A stretch of DNA of 63,188 nucleotides, filler included, from Sluysia triapertura (lineage: Eukaryota), in NCBI GenBank assembly GCA_046118255.1. It is 5 parts of 5 records of this genome, joined end to end, with 100 filler letters (N's around TTAATTAATTAA, not from the genome) between each part and the next. Parts side by side here need not be neighbours in the genome. Positions count along the whole stretch, not along the records: positions 52,401 to 63,188 come from JBJNIA010193460.1; 4 more parts are not named here. One strand, 5' to 3'. Positions 52,500 through 63,188 of the stretch are shown piece after piece (position 1 is the first letter of the stretch; each line of letters opens with the position of its first letter). The notes under the pieces are model-generated. The model was not told where the DNA came from. It ran no database searches and worked only from the letters and a program-made list of their open reading frames with translations. Made by a program: the position numbers and the translations under genes.

Positions 52500-53225
52500 A
52501 TTATAAAATATACAGTCTTACATGATGTATATGTCTTCGCGTGCAGCTTGATGGCACGGTGGCGTCTGCTGTCTATTTGTCCGATTGATCATAACCGAGC
52601 TGCTGATACACAACAATACAAGCATTTGTCAAGTGTTGGTAGAGACATGGTAGAGTCGAATAGTTTATTTAAATCACATAATACTTTATCTTTACGTCTG
52701 CTACTCAACTTGCCTGACAATATAAAGCAGCATAAGTATTGATCAGGTGTTGGTAGAGACATGGTAAAGTCGAATAAATTACGAAATTTAAAATCGGTAT
52801 CGTGCAAAAAGTCAATCAGATCTGATAATTATCTCAAACAGCCTTCACTCACTCCTTGTACGACGAAGCCGTCAGCAAGGCATGGTAAATCTCTAATTCG
52901 AACTTTTTGATAACAAAAAAATCGGTACAATTTCAAAAGATCTTCTTTTGGAGATGACAAACTACTTTAAAAATGTTCTAGCTTTATATTGCCAACTCTG
53001 TCGCTTCGACCGGCAATTGTCACATCATCGATAAACAAAACCGAAAGACTGCATAGAGCTCGTCGATGCCAATCTTCATTGTCGTTTTCCGCATCTACTA
53101 AATTAAAGCTGCAAGGTTCATCCAAATTACAAATCACATCATCATTTAATCTGCTTAAACTATCGTCCGTATTCATATTAGTTTCATCGTTATTTACTGA
53201 AATAATCGCTTCATTGGCCGCATTC
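52500..53225 (-). pseudogene. GC-richer disrupted ORF of unknown family with an internal 114-bp (38-aa) duplication
   Basis: ORFs 52967-53176 and 52589-52807 can be linked through stops and a frameshift. LFD(F/S)TMSLPT(P/L)D..L.CC is repeated (52627 and 52741). Confidence 0.4.
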
Positions 53226-53802
53226 TTATTTTAAAAAAGTGCGATATTTTTTTTATTTTAAACAAAAATTAAAATAATAAAATACAAAATAATAAAATAA
53301 TAAAAAAATAATAGTAAAAATAGTAATAATAAAATGAAATAATAATAATAAAATAATAATAAAAATAATAAAGTAACAAAATTAATAATAACAAAAATAA
53401 TAAAATAAAATAATAATAATTCCATCATAAATTGAGTAGATTATGATTGTAGGATTTTAGATTATAAAATGTACATGAATAAAATGAGAGAATTATATAC
53501 TTTTGCTTGTAATTAGTAAAAGAAACACAAATATGTTTTACTTTGTTTTTGTCAGACATTGTTTGAACCAATACCATCAAAACAAAACAATAAACTATTA
53601 TTATATAACTACAAAAGTATTTTCTCAGGCAGCAAATTATATAAATTCTATAGATAAAGTAGTTACAAATATTTAGTTAATACAATAATAATTAATGATA
53701 AAATGACAATGATTAAGAATCTGAAATCATATTTAATATTATTGCTACTAGTGACAATAATAGAAATCAATATAATTTTATCAAATAGGCAAGGTTAAAT
53801 TA

Positions 53803-55271
53803 TCAATTTTTATCTAAAGAATTTTTACTACATTCACTTATGGCTTTAATATCATTTTTATCGCGATTATTATTATTCTCATTATTAACATTGTTATCAT
53901 TTTTAGAAGTAGCGCAAATCATAAGTCCATTACTAGTTTTTTCATTCGAAACAACAGTAGAATTATAATCTGAAATTTGAGTTTGCATTTGTGCCGAATG
54001 TATTAAAGTGGAAGTTGTTGGTGCCAGAGATGGTGAATTGAGAGTTAATGGTATTAATAGAGTGTGATTAGGAGGTTGTGCTTGTCGTATTAACGAAGTA
54101 GGTTGAATGTTATAAATGGGTTTGGGAATTGTATTATTGTTCGATTGTTGATGAATAGGTATAAAAGAATGTTGTACCTTGTTACTGATTTGTGGAGCTG
54201 GTAATGTTGGTTGCCCTGACCAGATAGATGCATTATTAATATTTGAAGTGAGAGTCAATGGAGTCTGATGAGCTAATGACGTTGGAGGAGTAGGCCACCT
54301 TGTCAAATTACTTGGAACATTTGAATTAGTATTATTAGAAGAATTACCATTGCTATTGCTATTAGGTGATGGTGTGGCCCAACGAGAATTCGCAATAACA
54401 TTATTAGTAGGATGGAATATACGATGTTGATTGGATAGTAGTCGTGGTGTTTGTGAATTTGCAGAATATATGGATGCTGCTGCTGGCGGCGGTGGTGGTG
54501 GTGGTGGTGCGATTTGACCTGGTAAAACAGATCCAGGAGTCGGTGGTGTGAAACTATCGGATTGTGGATACTGGGTAACTAATGATGATGGTGGTGGAGC
54601 AGCTTGCATGTATTGAGTGGAAGTATTTGTAATATATCCAGTAGGAATATGTAATGAATCGATAGATGGAAAGCAGCGAAGCATAAAAACTTGAAAATCG
54701 GTACGGCTCATAACGCAGTTGAGATCCATTTGCGTAGACTGCATAAAACTGGAAAAACATGTTTCTGCAGTCAGCCGATCAAACCCATTACTAATTAGTA
54801 ATTCGATGGCATCGTTAATATGATCTTGAAGACAAACTGATTTTTCTTCCGGAGCAAAAAGTTGTACTTGTGGTGGAGTGGACATAATTGATGTAGAAAG
54901 TATATTCGTATTTTGATGACTAAAAGGTGAATGATGTTGCGGTAGTGCTGGAGTAGGTGGATGTTGAGGATAATTTATCATTGTAGATTGACTTACTGGT
55001 GCTGAAATTACGCCAGGTGACGAAGTCAAAGATACAGATGTCGGTACTGTATCCATACCACTATCCAAAGAAGGTTTTACCACTTTTAAAGAATTAGCTC
55101 CGTCATTTATCTTACTGATAAATTGTGCGTTGAAATAATCACAATTTGACTGTAGATTTGGATAAAAGTTCCGATTTAAATCTGATGTTTGAGAATATAA
55201 CATAAATTTTGAATAAGTAGAATTATTTGGAATAACGTCGCCATTTTCTGCATGCGGTTGATTGACTGAAG

Positions 55272-55306
<35 letters not shown>

Positions 55307-57483
55307 CAACTACTGTTATTTGTACTACTGTTAGAATTTGAGTAATCAAATAAATCAAATATAGGCCGTCTAATTGATGGAAGATCAACTAATTCATCCT
55401 TTTCTGAATTATTCGAATCGATAGCACTATCTGATGAATTGATCTCATTCATACCTCTAACTATGCTGTTGCTATTACTAATATTAACACTATTGTTAGC
55501 AGTATTTGTATTCGAATCAGAAATTTGTGGTGAATGTTCCGGTGTTGAATTATATGTACGTTGGTACATACTACGTTCAGAACCCGGAGCTAAGGGAAAT
55601 GGTTTTGAAGAAGATTTAGAAGCACCGGTAGCATTAGCAGTATTAGAATTCATTTGAGGAATTAGAACATTAATTTCAAGTGGATCTTTAACGCTACTTG
55701 AACTGCTATTACTTCTAGTTGTAGAAGATATTGATGAAGGTAATGTAGTGTGAGAAAGTTCAGGTGTAGTGGAAGTAGGGTTAGTGGAAGATAATCCACT
55801 AACACTTGTTTTTAAATGACAATTTATTGCAGAAGAAATAGGTGCTGAAAGAGGAGATTGTGATTTTTGATTATTGGCTTCTGATAAAGTAGGAAATTGA
55901 TTATTCTGAATAACATCAGTGAAACTGGGACGAATAGATTGAATGTGATCTGTATAAGAGTTTGTGGATGTTGTATTAATGGGTTGATTGATATGCTGTT
56001 GGTGTGATTTTATGCTTTGAGAAGAGGAACTTACGCGTACTGAAGGCGAATAACTAGATGTAATAATAACTCCGGCTGCTGCAACAGATGCAAAATCAGA
56101 CACTATCGGTTTCATGAAAGACTTGGAGAAACCGTATTGCGGAAGACAATTGTTGGCAGTACCAACACTGTTATTGTTATTAATATTGCTCGTCGCTGTA
56201 TTATTTATTAATGCATTATTACCATTAGATGCGACTTTACCAATGGTGCGAACAATTGGGAGAGCTGTTTTAGAGTTTTGTGACTGATAGTTGCGCGAAT
56301 CATCATACAAAGTCAGTATATGATCACTACAATTACTGTTAACATTAATATTGCTATTATTTGTATTGTGCCTGGTAATCACAGCGTCTTTATACGATGT
56401 AACTGGTTGGTTTGATTGTTGATTGGTGAAATGCCCAGACGAATCTTGCACCACATCAATTCCCGTTATTCTTCCTTCAATCAAATCGTGAATTAATTCT
56501 TTAGCTTTATAGACAGATTCTTGTAAACCTTTTAAATGCACAATTCTTTCATCCTTCGCATTAACAGTACTATCAATATCAATGTGCGCGCCTGATATTT
56601 GACGAATAGCATTGACAACAGCACCTCCTTGTCCAATTACTTTTCCTATCTCTTTTCGATTTACTGGAATAAGCAGATCAAATTTACGTTTGTTATTGAA
56701 ACCAATAGTGTGCCAATTGTGCGGAGTGGAAATTGAAGTGGTGTTGGATGTTGAATTAAAAGAAGTAGAAATTATGGGTGTATTATTCAAAGATTTAGTA
56801 TCAGAAGATTGATGCCAATTCTTCATATTATTGCGATTTGTTGCAGATGGTTTATTATTGACAACATGCGAATTGGAAATCGTTGGTGTTGATGTCGTTA
56901 TGTTCATTGATGTCACTTGTGATTTATCTTTTTTTAACTTAACATTACATGAATTATTAGGTGCAGTAATGTTAGTACTAACACCATTTACATGCTTACT
57001 AATAAAGGAAGAATCTTTAGAAGAAACTGTATTATCTTTTCTTGTTTTTTGTTCTACTGATTTAGTGGATTCGGATAATGATATATCAAATTCTTTTCCT
57101 TTGAGAGATTTTTCTGAATTTTCGAACGAATTAGATTTATTAGAACTAGAATTATACGAATTTATAACTGGTAGAGATGAATCATTAGTTGAAGTCGCAA
57201 AGGTTACCGCCATTGTATTTGCTACTGAAGTTGTTATTAACGATAAACTTGATGTTATATTGGCAGACGATGATGCTGTTTCTTTTTCTTCCTGCTTTGC
57301 CTTCTTTTTTGCTTTCTTTTTTTCACGTTTTTTGGCCAGTTTAACTTCTTTCATTTCTTTTTTCTTACGCTCTTCTTCAACTTCTTCTAAAAGTACCTTG
57401 GCATTCTTGGCTGCTTCGTATTCTTGACGTTCTTTAGCTTGCAAAATTATATTCTTACACTGCTCACATTTCTTCGCCAGACT
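53803..57483 (-). CDS. ANKHD1: Ankyrin-repeat and KH-domain protein (ANKHD1/ANKRD17/Mask family), terminal exon of ~1226 codons
   Basis: KKCEQCKNIILQAKERQEYEAAKNAKVLLEE..K-rich coil matches the post-ankyrin segment of Mask/ANKHD1. Type-I KH domain IGKVIGQGGAVVNAIRQISGAHIDID, then a low-complexity S/N/P/Q tail. In-frame acceptor TTTCTATTTTAG at 57484-57495. Confidence 0.9.
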
Positions 57484-59500
57484 CTAAAATAGAAAAATAC
57501 CTTTAGAATTTGAATGTAAAACGTATAATATACATTTGTATATTAAAATCCAAACTATTAATTTTGAATCTGAACTTTTTTGCCTAGAATATTTTATTAA
57601 TAGATTTGTAAGGAAATAAAAATAACGAAAATAATACTAAGATCTAAATACTTATATAATAAAAATAATATTTCTAAAAATAATAATTTGTAATAATTGT
57701 GATGTATAAAAATAAGTGGTAATAATTATTTGTACACATACAAAATTTTATGTAATAGTTTTCTATGTAAAAATTTTATAAATTATGGTAACAATAAATA
57801 GTTTATAGTAAAATATTCTAAAAATAGTTTGTCTGTAAAATTCTACGCAATAGATTTGTAAATAGTTCCATTTAAAAATTTCATATAGTAAAAAATGGCC
57901 GAATAATGCAGGCTTAATAAAGGGAAAATCACCATAGAAAGTGATTATGAAAATCACTAAATAAATAGATACTTTTTACTGTAGAGAATAATTTTAATTA
58001 AGTGCCTAGTAATAGAGATTATTTTCGGATTTTAACAAAGTGTTTATGGTGATTGTGAAATTTTAATATGTAAAGATAATTTATAGGAAATTATTTAAAA
58101 AATTAAAAATAAAAATTTATAAAATCAAAGTGATATAATTCTATATTAAAAAATAATAAAAATTACTATTATAGAAAAGTATAAAGTAAATTAAAAATTA
58201 AGTCAAACAGTAATATCATAATAGTAAACAATAAAGTTAATAAAATAATAGTAATTAAATTTAAGAAAATAATAACAAATATATTGTAAAATAATAAACT
58301 ATAGTGTAAATGAAATAATATCAAAAAAGTAATTTTACTATATATTACTGTATTACAAAAATTGAAAAACGTCGTTATTATGGAAAAAATCGAATATAAA
58401 TAAAAGTGTTCTTTTCATTAAAAGTTATTGATTTGGTGAAGATTTATTGATTCGATTTTAAAGTGTCGAGATTATCAATTTGGTTTTAACCGATTCCAGT
58501 TATTTTAATTGACAAAGTCAAGGCATATTTTAATTTTATCAGAATAACATTTAAAATAAAGAATTTTTCTTAAAATAAATTTTTAGAACACTTCTAAAAT
58601 TCAAAATCGTTACGTAAGTTAAATTCTCAAAAAACATTAAAGTCATTTTACACGTGGTATATTTTGTTAGTAAATTGCCTTTTATATATCGAATTGTCAA
58701 ACTGATACCTTTTACGTTTTTTATAAATAAACCTTAGTGAGTTTAGTATATTTTATTTTACTTAATTAAAAGGGGAATACATGAATTTTCATTAATCAAG
58801 CAAAATTGAACCTTCATCTCTTAAACCAGAAACAAGTGAACAGTGTTTATAGGAGTGGTTATTGTGGAATTTTGACATTAAAGCAACACAATAAAAAAAG
58901 TTCTAAGTTGGATTGTCATTGTGGAATTCTCAGATAATAGTCACGAATAACAAGATTTATTAATTGTAAGAATTTTTTATAAAGCAAGTATAATAACCCC
59001 TTACCTTACGATTCAATCTCGAAGATTAGTACGCGTGCAGATAATTAAACTTCCGCTATTCTATGTGTGTAATTATCAAAAAATAAAACAAAAAATAATT
59101 TTGTTTCCATTTAGTGTATTTTTGTAAAAGTAAAACTGTATCATTTTTAATACTACAGGTTTATAAAGTCAATATTAAATAAAAATTGAAAAACATGAAC
59201 TTTAAATCATAATAAAATTAAGATGAAACAAACAAAATTCTTCACATAAGAGAAAAATACAGAAAGCTTACATAATATTTAAATTTACGACAATAATAGA
59301 ATATTGTTTTGTTTTTATAGAAATTATTTACAACTAATAATCTTGAAGTGTGCGATACTTTTCGAAGAAATTTGGTAAATTTAAAGCCACTTTACACCGC
59401 CAATTTAGCTAGAATATAAAAAAGACCATGTGTAAAAATAATATTTTTATATTTACAAGTTTAATAAAATTCATATGGTTTTTAAACATTAAAATATACT

Positions 59501-59560
59501 GCGGGCGAGGCCCGTTAAATTCAAATTTAGTACAGAAAATCTTGACGGGCAAAGCCCATA
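59501..59560 (+). mobile_element. Possible Helitron 3' terminus with two GC hairpins
   Basis: GCGGGC-GAG-GCCCGT, then 11 nt, then TTAG|T (a CTAG|T variant). Second hairpin ACGGGC-AAA-GCCCAT at 59545-59559. Confidence 0.45.
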
Positions 59561-60148
59561 ATTTCCACTCAAGAGGATAAAAATGAAATTGTAAAGAAAA
59601 ACTTTCTTTTTAAAAAGGATAATTTAATTGTCATCCTTTAATAGTCATCCAAAAGACTATGCACGTGAAACATTTTTATTTTAATTTCTAAATTCGACCT
59701 ATTGTTTAAATAAATAACACTCGATTATTCTTGTTCATTTATTAAGTGGCAGTTAAAAATAAGATCTGAGATTGTAAACTACTACTTAAATTTTTGCATT
59801 TCCATCTCTTACGTCAGACGACAAGTATTGTCTTAAACCTCCAGAATAAATTCATATTTAAGTAATAAAGATTATCCAAGAAAAGTTTAGCATTAATTTA
59901 ATAAAATAATATAAAAGGTTTTAAATTATCTGAAGAGGAAGAGAAGTAATTAAGGTAAGAAAAACAAAATAAAACTTACATTTATTAATTTTACAAACAT
60001 TAAAATTTTACATATTGAATATTATAGATTAAAATAATTTATGCATTCAAATGCTTTGCTTGCTTTTTTTCGCACATGAAAGAAATTTTGTTGAGGAAAT
60101 AATAGTTATGTTCAAACTAACCATAACAAATAATTACAGTCATATTAA

Positions 60149-60219
60149 CACATTATGAGCGGGGCGGGTATTATTACCCGTTTTATGGACTGTACTTAAG
60201 AATACCCGCTCATAATGTG
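60149..60219. mobile_element. 71-bp piggyBac-type MITE
   Basis: Perfect 15-bp TIRs CACATTATGAGCGGG/CCCGCTCATAATGTG flanked by TTAA at 60145-60148 and 60220-60223. Confidence 0.85.
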
Positions 60220-61644
60220 TTAACACGAGGATATTTTAAATATATAATGTAGAATTCAAATATTATACCAGATAACTCTGAATAATATTAAACATGTATC
60301 TGTAAAAAAAATTGCAGTTATCGGTTAGTAAAATAAGACGTTATTAATAACCCTTCGATATTTTATTCAACTGCGTTGTCTTTATTAGATTTCATTTGTT
60401 TATATATTAAATTGTATTTTTTAAATTTAATATGGTAAAAATATTGAATATATTTTGAACGGATGAGTATTGATAATTCAAATTGTTGAACTGTTTCATT
60501 TGAATATCATTTTTTAAAGATTCTCGATCGTTTAACACTGGTCTTCTATTTCTAAATCGATAAGTTTATGTTATCTGGTTTGGCATAATGCATTCAATAA
60601 ACAGATGTTCTGCAATATGAGTAGTCACTTTAATATGTACCCACCAAAATTATCTAGATATGGAATATTTAATTTCGTTTTTGAACATCAGAGAAAAGCA
60701 TCACTACATTGAAGCCTACCAGAGCAAAAGGTTTCTAGATTTTTCTTGTTTCTTTACTCAGACTGCTAAATCATTGTAATATTCCTCATTCAACTCAGCA
60801 TATCCATTAACAAAATCTCATAACATTATTCCATGACATTATTGACTTTCGCTGACTTTCAACCTAGTATCTTAACGCATGATTAACAATGATATATTTT
60901 ACTAGAGATACACAAAAACTATTACGCTCTACAATTAATTAATTAAAATGTGTTGGCATGGTGGACTCCTTTTTGAAAATGACGATCAGAGACAACGTAT
61001 TAATGAGCTCATTTTATCAGAAATTAATAAAATAAGTTCCCATAAAGTATAAACTTAGAAAACTATCACACAAGTGTAGGAAATATTTTTAATTTAATTG
61101 TCGTGAAGAAATCTATGTTTAACTTTAAATTTTTTCTTTCAATAGTGATGACAAAAAAATCAATCAATAAATTTTTTCTTTCAATTATAAACAAAAAAAT
61201 CAGTAAATTAAATACATACACATTTATGAATACTTTGATTGCACTAAAAATTGCAATTAACGACTGAAACAAAGTTTGTATAATATCCTTTTAATATAAA
61301 TTTAGTTAATCATTAATTTAACTTTAACTAACTATAAACTTAAACTTAAAGTCTAATAGTCAAATTATGAGTGGTTTATTTTATACACGATTATTTTCTT
61401 TTCATCGGTAATTTGATTTTATCTTTCGAAACTAAAGGAAGGGTTTAGATTTAAATATACAAAGCGTTAATTATACACTTCTCTCTCTTACATCAGAGAC
61501 GAGTAAAACTCTGGCAGCCAGATACGTTTAAAAAAATTGAAATTAATAAGTTGATATTTTAATATTAACGTGAGTAATAATTCACAGAAGCCTAACAATT
61601 TAAATATATATCCTAAAATTTTTCAAGCTAAGTTAAATTGTAAC

Positions 61645-61701
<57 letters not shown>
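61645..61701. repeat. (AAT)n microsatellite
   Basis: Direct reading. Confidence 0.95.
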
Positions 61702-61702
<1 letters not shown>

Positions 61703-62286
61703 TGAATTCTTTAAATGTAAATATATTTTTAGATACTTTTCAAATATTAATAATTGATTTATTATGTAATAAAGTATAAAAAATGTGTTTCTCAGATTTG
61801 AAACTAATCAATTAACAAAAACGAGTATAAAATAATTTGATATAAAAATGATAAACTTAAAGATACTACGTCATCAAGCTGATGTAATACGCGGTTGTAT
61901 AATGTAATTACATTAGTAATAATATTTTCAATATTATAAATTTTAATATGAAATGACAAAAATATTTATATGTAGAATATTAATCAACCTAACTATTATA
62001 TTGATCGAAATGAATATATTAATAAAATTATTTAAGTACAAAGATGGAAAAAAAACTCACTATTCTGTTACCTTTCTGACATTCTTATCCATGATTATGA
62101 AAAATTGGTATTCAGTATTAAAATTAATTCACTTGATTAAATAATGTATTTCGCACTTCAGATTAATATTTAATTATGCGTCATCTAATTTTAGTTTATG
62201 AATTTTGCTTGGTAAACAGTTGTTTTATTAATTATTCTACTTAATGAAATAATAGTTTCAAAGAAACCACTTTATATTTATATTTA

Positions 62287-62601
62287 CTAGTAATTTAAAT
62301 ATTGAAAAAACAAATGACATACGATATTAGTGTTTTCCACGTCAGTTCCAAGTAATTGATATATTTCTTTTGCATTTTCAAAGCTTTCCAAACTATGAAT
62401 ATGACAACAAAAAGAATTTCGATTTTCATTATCACTATTACAACCGTTATAGTGAATGCAGCATTCAATATCATCATTTTCGTCATCAGAAAAATTAACA
62501 GAATCAGAAAAAAATGATTTATTGTATGAATTCATTAATTTATAAACAGATACGTCATCAACTTGATTTGGTACCACAACACAGTCATAATCCATTATCA
62601 T
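62287..62601 (-). CDS. Hypothetical acidic Cys/His-rich ORF (104 aa), family unknown
   Basis: Protein-like composition (CCIHYNGC..FCCHIH, acidic tract) unlike the surrounding spurious ORFs. No recognisable domain. Confidence 0.3.
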   Translation of the reverse strand: MIMDYDCVVVPNQVDDVSVYKLMNSYNKSFFSDSVNFSDDENDDIECCIHYNGCNSDNENRNSFCCHIHSLESFENAKEIYQLLGTDVENTNIVCHLFFQYLNY

Positions 62602-63111
62602 TAATCGATTAATTTTTACTATTCTTGAAATGAGATATATTAACCAAAATGATAAACACCAATATTCACAAATTATAAATTAAATATTTTTAAATACTTA
62701 GAAATATTAACAAATTTGTTTGTAATTAATAATTGTTGCAATAAAACAAATGATTTAAATAATATAACGAAAGTTTTTAATAAATCCAAAAAATTCAAAA
62801 TCGAAATACATTAAAATCCTGAAAAGTACGACGATTATCGAAAGACAATAGCAGTTCAATCGAATATAATAGATTCAAAATAGTATTGCTTCTACTAGAA
62901 GTACTATTATTATTATACTGATAAAAATTAAAAACTATATAAAATATCTATTTATAGAAGTTAAATTATATTGATTATGAAAAATACAAGCAATTCTGAC
63001 AAATAATAAAAATGGATGATTTTTATTGGCTAAATTTTAGATATAGTTTTCTTACGTAGTTTTAGTACTATTTATCGTTATTATGACACACTAACTTTAA
63101 ACTCAAGCTTA

Positions 63112-63178
<67 letters not shown>

Positions 63179-63188
63179 TAATAATAAT
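63112..63188. repeat. (AAT)n microsatellite
   Basis: Direct reading. Confidence 0.95.

Noticed and set aside
55439-57427. Plus-strand ORFs 55439-55657, 56612-56812 and 56831-57427
   Set aside because: Antisense shadows of the Mask-like exon.

Overview
A very AT-rich eukaryotic genomic window with abundant (AAT)n microsatellites, many decayed transposons and five scaffold gaps. Composition and repeat style suggest a planarian-like flatworm; this is an inference, not shown by the sequence. Host-type coding content: a disrupted ERK/MAPK N-terminal fragment (~365-775, -), a 1.15 kb first exon of a P4-ATPase flippase with an altered DGET motif (5226-6374, +), an intact single-exon divergent Ser/Thr kinase (14525-16147, +), an orphan type-I membrane protein (23628-24194, +) and the 3.7 kb terminal exon of an ANKHD1/Mask-like KH protein (53803-57483, -). 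The rest is mostly transposon relics (Tc1, Merlin, hAT, piggyBac MITE, possible Helitron end, several LTR elements). Two observations stand out. (1) A decayed Ty3/Gypsy element at ~45.4-52.0 kb (-) has about five retropepsin domains, a second integrase zinc-finger module upstream of RT, and a protease plus RING-finger cargo downstream of integrase. (2) Two clusters (37.4-37.7 kb and 40.1-40.5 kb) contain short hairpins with different stem sequences but one shared fold (stem, bulged A, CC, loop, GG, stem on the minus strand), lying in LTR-like DNA. All calls are by eye, without database searches.
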